Position numbers and translations under genes: made by a program | Notes under the pieces: model-generated | The model's input: the letters and a program-made list of their open reading frames with translations, nothing else | The model's database searches: none | What the model was told of the DNA's origin: nothing | Shown here: positions 38,601 to 52,150 of the stretch, piece by piece | How the letters are laid out: each line of letters opens with the position of its first letter | Numbering within the stretch: position 1 is the stretch's first letter | Source: Eledone cirrhosa | Taxonomy: Eukaryota | Direction of reading: 5' to 3' | DNA length: 64,000 bases | Assembly (NCBI GenBank): GCA_964016885.1 | Contig: OZ024740.1 | Location: forward strand, 102,300,001 to 102,364,000

Positions 38601-39904
38601 AGAAACATGTTGAGGATGATTAGTAAGGCCATCCTGTAATGATTTAGCAGAAAATGTTTATTTAAAAACAAGTTTGTAAATTAAAATATTCATAGTATAT
38701 TTATTAGTGGACACATAACTATGAACATCTGTTATATTAAACTACAACTTTTAGTTTTTAATAATAGGTAGTCATAGTGTTGTTTACTACTTTTCAATAC
38801 TGCCATGCCAATTTGGTTTTGTGAAGTACAGGTTGTTTAGGGTTGAGTTAGTGTTAACATAATGTAGTAAGCAAAATATGTTTCAGTTAATTAAAATTAG
38901 CCTTGCAGGGAAGAGAGGGAAACATAGATTTAGTGACTAATGTCAAAGTAATGAACCAATCTGAAAGTTTAACTTTGAGTGCCAGTGCTGTTTTCGTATT
39001 TTATTGCCCCAGGCCAGGATTACATGTTAATTTTTGCATTAAAAAAATATTGAAAATAAAATCAAAAAGTATTTTGATCAAATTTTCTCTATTTATTTTA
39101 TCAGGATTTGTGCTTCACCAACATAACTATAACACACTAATGCATCTTTGGCACACAAACTGTGGGAGGTAAAGAACATAGCAGCATATATTTGGCACTC
39201 AAAGAATTAATTAATTAAAATTTGAATTTATGTCATTATTGTGGGGTTTCAAATTAAATAATAATGTATTCTAATTGACCCCAGTACTTGAATGGCATTT
39301 TGTTTTATTTTATTGACCCTAAAACGTTGACTATGGTATGATATGAACACCGAACACACTACAAATCATTCCGATTTTGCCAATCCACCACTCATTTCAT
39401 CTTTGCCTGTTTTCCATTTTGTTTCTATAAACAAAGTGCCTATCAATAGATTTATAACATTTCCAGAACATTTCTAAAAACCCAAATGGGGAGTACCATG
39501 AAAAAAAGTGCCCCAAAACGGGAAGAAATGAGACAAAATGGAGAGATTTTACATAATGAAAGCTTTACCCATTTTCACAAGAGAAGATATCTCTCACCCA
39601 CCCTAAAGTGGTTGGGAGATCTCCCTGTTCAACGGGGAGAGTTATTAATATTCAGCCTTGGTCAAGGGAGATCAATTGTTATAAATTAATAATTTACCTA
39701 TGATTAATTTGGCACATCTTGAAAATTAAGAGATGAAATTATAACAAAATAGATTAAATATTCAGGCCTTGTGCCTAAATGAGAAACCATTATATTTATT
39801 TTTGGTGACTGTTGTTGGCTGTTGCATGCTGATTAGTATTGTCTTCTTTACAATTATTTCTCTGTTACAAGTTATTCTTTTCTCATTATACTGTAGTTAC
39901 AAAG

Positions 39905-40108
39905 AGTGGTGGATTGGCAGTATTAGTAAAGTACCAGACAATTTAGTTATGATTTTCTACATTCTGAGTTCAATTCCTCTTGTGGTCAACTTTTCCTTTC
40001 ATCCTTCCAAGGTCGATAAAATCAAGTACCAGTTAAGTACTGGGGTCAATATAATCAACTTTCCCTTTCCCCAAAATTGCTGGTCTTGTGCCAATGCTAG
40101 AAACAATA
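39905..40108 (+). mobile_element. older, longer subfamily member of the (ATT)n-tailed SINE
   Basis: ggtggattggcagtatt...cattctgagttcaa...ctttcatccttccaaggtcgataaaat...tgctggtcttgtgccaatgctagaaacaat. Confidence 0.75.
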
Positions 40109-41526
40109 CTGTAGATATAAAGTTTTGTACCCCATCTTGGTTGAAAGCTAATAAGGCAGTGTACATGTACCTGTGTGTGTGTATAAACATGCATGCATTG
40201 GTCCTATGTGTGTGTAAATTTGTTGTATATAAATTAAAGAAGATTATATATCCAAACCTATAGGTTTCATGCAATTGACATTCTTGTCAACTGTATTCAT
40301 CAATGAATTTGCTCATGAATGAAGTCGACCATAAATCTTATTACACAAAACTTTGTGCTTCAGATATATATTCCCAATTATCTCAAATATAACAAGTATA
40401 TATCAGACACTAGAGAGCAATTTTATGTTTTTATTACTTCAAGATAAATTCAAAACTATACACACACACACACACATACACATACACATACATAAATGTG
40501 TGTGTGTGTGTGTGTGTGCGTGCGTGTGTGTGTGTGTGTGTGTAAAGTCAATGAAAAAAAAAGCAAAACTCAAGAATAAGATAGTACAATGATGATATAT
40601 ATTAGCTTAAAGAGTCTTAATGTTTCAGACATTAGTCATTCATCAGAAAATAGAAAGAAAGACAAGTGTAAGAAAAGGAAAGATGAGAAAATTTGTTACA
40701 TGAGGAAAGTACACATGTGTCTAGCCAGCCAACTAAATATACACCTGCTTTCCTTATCACCACCATCATTTAACCTCTATTTCCTTAGTAGCAATGGTTG
40801 GACAGGTTTTCACAGACCAAGCCAGTACTCAAGTGAGGCTACTGACCTCCCAGATGGGCTGGGGCCCATGTCTCACTTACATAGAGTCACCCACATGTCT
40901 GATGATCCTGCTAGTGTGCAGGTGAAACTCCAGAGTAATAAGGCTCACCACTTAGCCAATAAATGAATATTTAAACATTACTTTGGTATGGAGTATTTTT
41001 TCCCATGTCTGTCAATAATACACACATATATATATAAGGAGAATCAACAAAGAAAAATAAGGCAGAACTATACAATACTTTGATGTTATATTTGCTTGAT
41101 GTTTGATATAGTCGGAAAAGCGTCTTAAAATTTTGGATGTTACTCTTTCATGTGAAGATGGATTTAGAAAGAGAAGAGAGAATGTTCGGAAGAGAGAAGT
41201 GGGAAGATAGATGAGAGTAAGAAAATAAAAAAATGGAACAAACATAATTAGGAGTGAAAGCATATATAGTTTTCAGTCAGCCACCTAAAAAGGAAAATTT
41301 TGTTATAAAGTTAGAGGGTTGAAGAGTTATCAAAAGGGAGATAAGCATCAAGTAGGTTGGGAAAATGTGCATGTGTCCCAGTGTATCTGTACAAATATAT
41401 GAGGATATGAAGGTCATGGTACATATCAAACCATGACTGTAGCTGGAGGGTTATTGTTTATGCATTGTTGTTTGAATATATATATATGTGTGGTATAATA
41501 TATTGATGTGTATATTTCTGTTTCAG

Positions 41527-41718
41527 CCTTTCAACCACAAGAATTTGTCCAAACTCCTGTCAACCAATCAGTGGTAGAAGGATCAACAGCCATTTTAAAA
41601 TGCAAAGTTAAAAATAGACAAGGAAATTTACAATGGACACAAAATAAATATGCATTAGGCATAGCACGGAATTTACCGAACTATGAAAGATATTCAATGG
41701 TTGGAAACCCAGCAAAAG
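41527..41718 (+). CDS. kirre: Kirre/Roughest/NEPH-like Ig-superfamily protein, exon encoding first half of Ig domain 1
   Basis: tttcag| acceptor, AAG|gtaaat donor, 192 nt, phase 1-1. QEFVQTPVNQSVVEGSTAILKCKV..G.LQWT...ALG..R.L..YERYSMVG is typical of IRM-family Ig1. Confidence 0.9.
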
Positions 41719-41797
41719 GTAAATATATTGTTTGTATATAGCTTTTAATACACTGACAAAAATCTGGAGTTAGAAACAAAAGACAAACAAACAAAAA

Positions 41798-41833
<36 letters not shown>

Positions 41834-41836
<3 letters not shown>

Positions 41837-42065
41837 TGTAGGTGTCACGACAAAAAAACACACAGTCCACACTGTAATGTGGCCGTGTAGGCAACACGGT
41901 AAAAACCTCCCAGACCCACACTGTAAATGTGGTTGGTGTTAGGAAGGGCATCCAACTGTAGAAAACCTGCCAGACAGTCCTATGCGAGCAAGACAATCAC
42001 TCTTGCCTCAAGTGGGACTACCCCCGTCCAAACCCATGCAAGCGTGGAACACGGACGTTAAACGT

Positions 42066-42095
<30 letters not shown>
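41834..42095 (+). mobile_element. RTE-tail-bearing short insertion with tandem ~48-bp modules, inside (AT)n
   Basis: Modules + gttaggaagggcatcc + aacccatgcaagcgtggaacacggacgttaaac + (GAT)n, flanked by AT runs. Confidence 0.8.
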
Positions 42096-42127
<32 letters not shown>

Positions 42128-43787
42128 TATTTGCAGAGGCATATCTAGGGTATGACAAGCATGGCACATGCCATGGACGCCACATGAAAGGGGTCGCTAA
42201 CTAGACTAGGACTACTTTCTATTAAAGTCAGATAAGTTATCGTCAGAGAGTGAAAAAAGAAACTTCTTCAGGGGATGATCTGTCTTTGATTATCATGGGT
42301 GAGAAACACTATGGTGGCTGGATCATTAAACCATTTATATTAATTATTATGCATCCATAGGTAAAAATGCAGTGCTGGGAACTACATGATCACAGAGGCA
42401 TACCTCATAGTATGACTTGTCAGATATTTTAATTGTGTTTTAATATTTTTCAAAGATCAGTATTACAAAGATACACTTTTAAATACACTAACACTTTTAC
42501 CAATACTTTATGTATACTTAAGCGTAAAGAATACCTGTAGAACAAATGAAAATGTAGTTTAATACCCTAAACCCTCATTTATTTAAACTGTGCTATCAAT
42601 CCCATTGTCTAACAACTACTATAAAGCTTGCTGCATTGGCAGGTGTACAATTTCAATGTTTGCCATAGACACTATTTCCCTTGTTACACCTCTGCATATT
42701 TGTATTTATAAGAAAGTGAGGGATATTTTATAAATTTCACATGGATAACAATTTGTGAAAAAAAAGTTGAAAAGAAAATGCAGTTGGGGTTTTTAAGAAG
42801 ATTTATTTACAATAACTTTACCAGTTTCACATTTTCATGATTTTCAAAACATAAGGAAGATGGAGAGATGCGTGGCTATGCCATGATGTAACATTCATAA
42901 AGAGAGCACTGAAATAATGGAAGAGAGAGAGAGGTTTAAGCAAGGAGTGAAGAGTGAGGTATAGACATATGTCCAGCAAGCACGCAGGTACATGGAAAAA
43001 ATCTTTTCCTAATAGGCACTGGGTATATTTTATTGTAGCATGAGCACTACAAATTTACAGAGTGCACTGAATACATTGTATAGTAGCACCAACACCACCA
43101 CTTTCCAGGGTGCATATTGAATATTTGAGACTCTGCATACACACAAACAAACAAACACACACACACGTGCATGTGTGTGTGGGTGTATAGTTGCTCATGG
43201 ATGCTGTGTATGAGTGCTTGTTTTTGTGATCATATAGAAGACTAAATACCATTACAAATTTTCTCATTGCAAACATGCTTAATCTTTAATATATTATTTA
43301 CTAATTCGTATAGCTGTATAGTATTTCTTCTAGTTAACCTCGTTTGCTTATTGCCAAGCCAACATTTCACTCTTTTCTGAACAGAATTCTTATAAATCTG
43401 TATGTACCTACATGAGAGAAAATATGACATAGTTCTATTCAAATGGGTGTAAATTCTTACAAGATTCAAAATGACGCTTCATTTATTTACCACATGTTTC
43501 CTTTTTAATTTGGAATGTTTCACTCTTAAATTCCTTCTCAGTAAGACTAAATACTTCTATAAGTATAATGTTACATGGTGCATTTTCTGTAACTGACATT
43601 GGTTTATACAGTCTGCAGTAATTTTCCTCAAAGACTAGAATATTTGAGAGTTGTGTTATATAACTATTAATAACAATGAAATGAGATGTGGTTTTAATAC
43701 TAAAAACTATAAAAGTATGCAGAGTGGAAAGCACAAAAAATGTAGCTCTTTTAAGAAAAAAATATTTGGTCAAAATATTTGTTTAAA

Positions 43788-43833
<46 letters not shown>

Positions 43834-44059
43834 AGCGTATATACAGCTGTTGGCTTACAAAGCATTGAGAAAGTTTGAAATTTGAAATATGAACGTCCCA
43901 ATGCAGAAATGACTATTTTGTCTATTACTATAAATAATAGTTGAGAAAACTCAGTAAAAAGCCCACCACCATTCTAGAGATGCAGGGTTCAATTCTTTGC
44001 AGGCACCATGTCCACTTTTTTTTCATCTACAAGAATATTTTACTATATATATATATATA

Positions 44060-44256
44060 TGCCAGTTGAAGGAAGACGTGGTAGAGGTAGACCACGAAAA
44101 ACATGGGCAGAGGTGGTGAGAACAGACCTCAGATCATTGAAGCTCACGGTGGAGATGACGAAGGACCATGACGAGTGGAGAGATGCTGTGCTGAATAAGA
44201 CCCATCCCACCCTTGCAAGCAGGGAAAAGCGGACGTAAAATGATGATGATGATGAT
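44060..44256 (+). mobile_element. RTE family B extreme 3' end, inside (AT)n
   Basis: VEGRRGRGRPRKTW...DEWR, then cccacccttgcaagcagggaaaagcggacgtaaaa(tga)n. Confidence 0.85.
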
Positions 44257-44345
44257 ATATATCATAATGTTTTAAATGTTGCAAGAATTTTCTATCTAGT
44301 TTTGCTAATGTATTCTCTCTGTGTTTGTTATTTTTCATTTTACAG

Positions 44346-44468
44346 AAGAGTATCATCTACGAATTGTTTCTGTTAAATTAGAAGATGATGGTTGGTATCA
44401 ATGTCAGGTTGGACAAACAGAAGAAGCTGAAGGCATCAGAAGTAATTCTGTTAAACTAACAGTATTAT
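44346..44468 (+). CDS. kirre: Kirre/NEPH-like exon, second half of Ig domain 1
   Basis: ttttacag| and T|gtaagt, 123 nt, phase 1-1; EEYHLRIVSVKLEDDGWYQCQV (D-x-G-x-Y-x-C). Confidence 0.92.
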
Positions 44469-47400
44469 GTAAGTGGTATTTCTTAATTCTTCTTCTCAAT
44501 AGTCATCTTCCCTTAGATTTTGTAATATGAGCAAGAGACTACTTCAAGGTTCAAATTATTCATTAAGAGTAGATAGATATTGACACCATTGTCTCATACA
44601 ATACAATTCTTTCACAGAGAAGTGTACCTTCTCGACAATGTCTAGTTATCTCAATAAGCTGAAGTGACATAAAAACAAGTCTGTTAAAGAGACCAATGCT
44701 TTTAACAGCAATTGCTTGAGAGCTACACTGTTAATTTTGAATATTTGGAAATTTCTATTTTGTTGTGCCAATAAAACAACAGATTCTGCAAAAGCAACAT
44801 AATAAACCTACCTTATTTCTAATAAAAAACACATTACCTATGATTTAAAAAAAAAATGAGAATAATCAAGAATTTAGAAAGATTTATTAATATAACTTTT
44901 TCATTAAGATGCTGTTTGGAACATAACTTCATAAAGGTTCTTACAAACAGTTTTGCAACATAAAACCATGGGTGCTTCCCGACAGTTTGATATCAAAAGG
45001 GTTAGGAATTTTCTTGAGGTAAAATCAAAATTAAAAAGGATTTCTTCTACAATTGTAAAACATATTTATCTTATTACAACAATAGTTAATTAAAACTAGT
45101 TATTTCTAAATTTATCTGAATTTCAATCATCAAAGGTAATATTACATTTGCTGGTATATGTTTGTAAAATATAATCTTACTCATATTTATTACTTTTGAA
45201 CCCTTCTGTAACCATATCTTTAATAAAATACACTACTTAGGTGTTTCAATTCCTTTTGAAAATAACCAAAAATTTGGAGAGATTTAGTAAAATAACTTAT
45301 TTTCCCATATTATTTGAAACCTAACAAAGGATTCTTATGAAAGAATATAATGGATTTGTATAATAAAACCATTTGTGGTCTCAGACATATTGGTTCAAAA
45401 ATGATTAAAAAAAAATTCAGCAAAACATTCTTGAAAAGTAATAAATAACACTATGATAACATCACATTCAAAACTAAAATGTTCACTCTAATACAGCAAG
45501 TCTTCACAATTATTTGTCCACTACTAAAGATACTAAGTATTTGAATTAACAGACCGCATTCCCATTTTTAGACATTTCCTGCTAAATTGTCACAGGATGT
45601 TAAGAGTTAAACAAGTAACTTAATAAAAGTGGATGGCTGTGTTGTTAAGAAGTTCACTTCACACTCATGAGGTTCTTAGTTCGATCCTACTGAGTGGTGG
45701 TGTATGGGGCAAGTGTCTTTTACCATAGCCTTAGGTCATCCTAAGCTTATGAATGAAATTGGGTAAATGGAACTGTGTAGACACCTGATCATATTATGTC
45801 TTGTTGATTCTCCCTAGGCATTATGTTAAAGGTACATATGTCTGTGGAATACACAGCCACTTACATGATAATCTAATGATAAGATGATCAGTTGATTGAA
45901 CAATTAAATTCTCATCATTGAAGCTGATGGTAGAACTATTATCTTAACAGTAGCCTTTAACCCATACGTCCTCACAGCAATTTCTTGCTGTTTGTCATGA
46001 ATAGAAGGTGATTTGTTGATAAATAATCTTTTAAGAACACATACAAGTGTGGATGATTTTATATCCATCTAACATGTCAGCATAGTAAAAAGATTTTCCT
46101 CTGAACATTTGTAAACATTTTTATTTTATTACAAAGAAGTAGGCTGTTAGTAAGTTGTATGTGAGACATTATTTCAACACCTAGTGAATGTTGCACTTCA
46201 CACAAATTTCCGATCTTTATAAGAAATGCATCACTATCACAACTTCCCATTCCCCATTCTCTTAAAAATATTAGGTTTCATACAATTTCTGTGATTACAT
46301 TTTAATTCTTAACATCATGTATTACATGAAGCGGCATTATCAACTCATTCTTGAAAAGTATAAAACAGTATCAGTAAATTGTTAGTGCATCAGATGAAAC
46401 ATGTTGCACTATCTCAACTATGCCTTTCATCTTTCTGTGATCCATAAAATAAAGTACCAGTCAGGTATTGGGTTTCATATAACTGACTTTCTCTTCTCTC
46501 CAAACTTGACTAACTTAGAAACCATTAAGACTACATCACACAGAAAAAAGTTTTTACTTTAGTTTGCTGCAAATGTTTATAAAAATCTCTTTACTAGTAA
46601 AGATACTATAAGTATTTGAATTGATAAACTTGCTTTTAAATATTTGATATTAAATTATCACAGGATAAAAGGAAAGTGCTGTCAAGTGGTGGTTAACTCT
46701 TTGTATACCAAATGAAGTGTTGGTGGCTCACATACAATTCCCAATGTAAAAATATATCATGTAAATACAATTTAATAGGAAAAGAAAAAAAATTAGAATG
46801 AGAAGAAAGAATGGAATGTAAAATAAGAAAATATAAAAAAACAGAAAAGGAAGAGAAAGGCAAGGGCTTTAGTGTCACAGAGGATGGGGAGGAGGGAGGG
46901 AGAGGGTGATGGGCTCTGAGCTTAGGGCATGGTGGTAATGGAGCAGCGCCTAGCGGACAAGATCTCAAATGCATTCCTGCAGACAATGGCCAGTGATACA
47001 CGCTGTAACAGCCACCCCACCTCGTGGGGCTCTTGCCTCAGACAGGCCGCCGACATTCCAATCTTGCGGGGGAGCACGGCAGTACAGAGTCTAAGTATGC
47101 CTGAGGTCTCAATGGCAACCGGTAGGCATTAATAAAGCCCTTGATAACGGCATGAACATCTTGTAATTATATCCCACCTTCAGACTTTATGTTCAAATAC
47201 AATAAAGTTGTTGTTTTTTTTTAATTACTTTTTGACCAGAGTTCTAATTGATTAAAATTAGAATTAATCAATGCAGTTCAAAGGGGATAGGGTGTAATCT
47301 GATTATTAGCAAATGTGACAATTTCATGGATGTTTCAGTCATATTCGACTTCTTCAGCAAAGTTGTCATTGATGCATGTACCATATCAATAGAGAGAAAA

Positions 47401-47544
47401 TAATATATGCATATACAGAGATTGTACATACACTGCTAAGAAAAAAACATCTCAACAAATAATGTAATTCATCTCACAAAAAGCTTACAAAGCTATACAA
47501 GTTTCTAATTTCCTTTGAAAGAATTTCCTAAATAGATATTTTGT

Positions 47545-47872
47545 ACATACATACATAGCCAAACACACACATAAGTACACATGTACACACACATATACAT
47601 ACACATACACACACACACATGTATGTACATGCTTACATACTTACACACATTCACATATATACATACATACAGACATACATACATGCATGAATACATATAC
47701 ACATATATACAATCACATACATACATACAAACACACACATATATACATCCATAAATACATAAATATATGCATACACACATACATGCATACACACGTACAA
47801 ACACAGACATATATACACATATATGCATACATACATATGTGCACACATATATACACACACATACACTCATCA
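47545..47872. repeat. degenerate (TACA/CA/TA)n microsatellite
   Basis: Direct reading. Confidence 0.9.
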
Positions 47873-48118
47873 TGTGAGTGCAAGTATATACACCTACATA
47901 TAATTACATACTAGCTCACTCACTCATTTACAAATCCCCAGAACCGTCTTGACTAAAAAAATGTCACTTTCTTAGTGACTAGTTGGAATTCTGCAAAGAA
48001 AAATGTAAATAAATGTCAAAGAAAAAAAAGCACACACACATACACACTTTCTCTTTCTCACACACACACACGTGTGTGTGTATGTGTCTATTTGTCTAAC
48101 ATTTGCTAGTATGGAAAT

Positions 48119-48246
48119 GATATATATATATATATAATATATATATATATAATATATATTATATGATATATATTATATATAAATGATATATATATATATA
48201 TAATATATATATATATATATAATATATATTATATATATATATATAA

Positions 48247-48311
<65 letters not shown>
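48119..48311. repeat. long imperfect (AT)n
   Basis: Direct reading. Confidence 0.95.
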
Positions 48312-48313
<2 letters not shown>

Positions 48314-48465
48314 GTATACAGAGAGAGAGAGAGGTTGAGTATTTTAGTGAAACATTGAGGTTGTGTGTATATATATATTATATAGAATGTAGTGAGAAGG
48401 AGAGAGAGAATATTCTAGTCAAATGTAAATATACATTTTTTTCTTTCATTTTTTCTTAATTTTAG

Positions 48466-48777
48466 TTCCACCTGATCCACCACAGATTTTAGAAGCACCA
48501 ATTGCTGCAGTTATATTAGGAAAACCTACCAATATTACATGTCTTGTGAAAAATGGGAAACCAGGAGCTAAAATTACGTGGTACCTGGCAGGACAGATGA
48601 TGAATAGGAAATTATATTCAACTGAAATGTTTCCTACACTAAACAAACGTGTTAATACAAAAGGCAATATACTGCTAATACCTAAAACAGAACATTCTGG
48701 AAAACTACTAGAATGTCATGCCATAAATGAAGCTTTACAAAATCCATACGTGACAAGGGTTACATTAAATGTTCAAT
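48466..48777 (+). CDS. kirre: Kirre/NEPH-like exon, Ig domain 2 (C2-set)
   Basis: Long pyrimidine tract + tag|, T|gtaagt, 312 nt, phase 1-1; PPDPPQI..ITCLVKNGKPGAKITW..LECHAINEAL..LNVQ. Confidence 0.92.
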
Positions 48778-50400
48778 GTAAGTAGCCATTTTTATTTATT
48801 TATTTATTTATTCATATTATTATATTTAATGTCTCTGATGCACAGCAGGACAGGGAGCTTTGGATGAAAACAAAGAAAACAGGCATAGCATATTTTGAGT
48901 GGGTGAGGAGAGATGCCCTTGAGGCAAAGAAACAGGACAGATTGAACAAAGCCCTAGCCTCAACCATATATCCAATACCCAAGCTAACTCTGGCTCTTTC
49001 ATGCATGAATTGAACTGATAAGTCATTTACAGGTGCATAACTGAGGGAAACTGATCCTCTATACTTTGACAAGAGTGAAGTGTTGATAATAATATTTAAT
49101 ATAAAAATCACAACCACATATCCATAACTTACTAGGTGACTGTGTTATTAATTCTGCTATAGAGCACACCTGGGTATTCCAGCCATGACTATCTCATCAT
49201 TCTTGTTCAGATAGAGGGTAACTGGGATTATATTAATGATGTCCTCCGATTTTTTAAAGATAGTAAGATAAGATTTGAAGAAGGTTTGGCTGTTATTTCT
49301 AGCAGACCATGTGACTACATAGAAGTTCTCTCTCTGACTCATTACCACTTTAGGGTTGTGTTGATGTGGAGGGAAGTCAATAAGATGTCAAACTAAAAAC
49401 CAGAGTATTGACAGTTCAACTTGGCCATCAACACTAAATTATATTCACAGTCAACAAAAGACTTGATTCAGTTCACTTACGTGTTATGGTTAGATAAACA
49501 TTATAAGCAGTGGGGGACACTGTATACATAACAAGTGTTTTGTATCCTTAGCTTGCTCTTCTAATTTTACAAGTAGTTCCCAGATGCCAGGATGACATGC
49601 CTTAGATTTCAATGAGGAATATTCAGTTGTATGATCAACTGAAATTAACATGTAAGTGGTTGAATATTCCATAGACATGGGAACCCCTAATCAGTATGAC
49701 ACAATATGTAACAAGGTTGTTCCTTTAGATTACAAGTACACTTCTTCCAATGGGCTTCTACACAGTTTCTGTCTACCCAATTTCATTCTCAAGAGTTAAG
49801 TCAACTGAAGGTATGGTAAAGACACTTACCCAAGATGCCACACAGTGACATTATACCCAGGACTTCATGAATATGAAGGGAATTTCTTAACCCATTATCC
49901 AGTCATATCACAACAACATCTCTACTGTTGGTGCCATGACACCCAGTACACCCTGTAAGGTGATTGGTGGTAGGAAGGTCAACCAACTGCCAAGAAAGAG
50001 GCAAAAGCACTCTTCAGTAATGTCAAAGGTACAACAAATTCTCTATTGCTGGAGATCTACATGATAAATGCATTCAGTATACTCTGTAATGGCGTCCAGC
50101 AATAGAAAACCTCACAAATAAAAGGTTAAGAGGACTCTTCATCTGTGTAGAAAACATGACAACCTCCTTGGTGCCAGTGCCATGATAAAATGCAGCCAGC
50201 ACACTCTGTAGAGTACAGAAACATATATGAGAAGCAGCTTCCAGCATGTCTGAGAGATGAATAGATCCAATTATGTACTAACTTAATCTATAATGAAAAC
50301 ATCTTTTTCTGAGATACTACACAAAGACAAAACTATCCAGTGACATTCTTAAACTATAGGTCTCAAGCTTTGTCAAGCTCACTTTCCAAAGAAATACTAT

Positions 50401-50612
50401 TTAACCCTTTAGCATTTACATTACTCTATATATACTATTGTATTTTCGTGGTAAAGGCTTTATCTTACATAATTATCTCACATAATATCAAACATGAGAT
50501 TTTGAGAACAATACCTTAACGTCAGTATGAGCAGCCAGTTACAACCGGTTTGAACAGAAAAAGGAGAGAGGATACTGGTCTGATATGGCCAGTTTAAATG
50601 CTAAAGGGTTAA
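50401..50612. mobile_element. MITE with TTAA ends (piggyBac-like)
   Basis: Terminal inverted repeats ttaaccctttagcattta / taaatgctaaagggttaa. Related AT-rich ttaaccc...gttaa remnants at ~2940-3178 and ~37095-37577. Confidence 0.7.
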
Positions 50613-51009
50613 AGGTGATAGTGATGCTTTCAGTGATGATCTAACAATCCATTATTTCACTGTCACTATCCTCACAATTGTGTTCCTATGATCTAATAAC
50701 TTATGTGGCTCAATGTCTAACATGTTGAAATTTTCCCTCACTAAGCCACAAGAAAAGCATATTTTATGGTGCAGTAAAGTAAACCAACTCTTTCAGATCT
50801 TTAACTAATTATAAGACTTATTATAGATCGTATATATAAATATTCTTAATCATAATCATTTACATTACCACCACTATCATATTGATAATCAACCATTGAG
50901 TGAATCTCTATGTGGTTGACCAATTTGCTAGAAATAACAGCTAAAGCTCCCTTAAATCTCTCCAAACCACAGACTTGATTTAAACGCTCACAAACATCAA
51001 TATCACCTG

Positions 51010-52150
51010 GCTAAATGAAATAATATATGCAGCAGCCAACGCATTTACAAAAGGAAGTGGATACTCCCTCAGAGCTATTCAAACAGAAATACCAAAAATC
51101 CAAGCAAACATGAATAACAAATATAGAGAAAATCTCAGAAAAAAAGAGCAAAGAGATCTCAAGCCTTAATGAAATCAATAATATAACGACACAACTGAAG
51201 GAAAAGAAGGAGAAGAGACAACTACTACAGAAATAAATGACAAAAAAGAAATATCCAAAATCAAAGCATGCCTGAAACAAGAGTTCCTCAATAAATTGCA
51301 AAGAATCTGATATGAAAAATAACAACAGTTCTTTGAACAAAATTAAGTTTGAATCCAACCCAAACCAATTTCATCAAGAACTTGGTAAAAAATAAAATAG
51401 AAATCAATGCAGAACCAGCAGCAAGAAAATTACAAGCATTTTAGGGAGGAGTATGGAGAGCAAAGAAAAACATCAGGGACAATAGTTTAAAACATCAAAC
51501 ACATCTGAACAACAGTGGGAGGACATAACAAAAAAAGAATTAAGCATTACACTCCAAAACACAAACAACTGGAAGGTACCAAGGCATGATAGCATTTTAA
51601 ATACATAAGGTGCTACGAGGTAAGTTTAATGAGACACTGATGAAGATGGAAATAAGATCTAACTGGTTCACTGAAGGGAAAATTTTCTTAATTAAGAAAT
51701 AACAGCCAAACTTCCCTCAAATCTTACCTTACTATCATTAAAAAAGGAAGTAACAGCAAAGCTTAAAACCTACAGATCCATAACCATCATCATCATCATC
51801 ATCATCATCACTGGTTTAACATCTTCTTTACTTGCTACAAGCATTGGACGTTTTGGTGTCTTTTTTCAAAGCATCTTTCCAGAGTATTTGTTCCAGGGAT
51901 AGGTATTGGTACAGGTTCCAGGCTTTTTCAGATCATACCTGATTACCTCTTCCCAGGTGTTATGTGGGTGCCCCTTCCCCATCTACCAGGGGCCACAATC
52001 TTAGTACATCAAGCACTAATATCACTCAGAGTAAATAATCACCTGGAAAAAACAAATACAAAAGGGCTATGGTAGACGTTCTTATCCTTGTAAAGATCAA
52101 TTACTTATAAAAAAAACATAACTGAAGATTTCAGAAGGAGAAAGAAGGGT
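51010..52150 (+). mobile_element. very degraded R4/Dong-type RT fragment interrupted by an antisense RTE piece
   Basis: Remnant peptides resembling FESNPNQF, NWK.P.HD, WFTEGK, YR.IT, QKG..CKDQLLI. (CAT)n + RTE tail at ~51785-52010. Confidence 0.5.

Noticed and set aside
39105-39168. Possible cassette exon (tatcag|...GAG|gtaaag) in the first kirre intron
   Set aside because: 64 nt, breaks frame between phase-1 exons, no Ig-like sequence.
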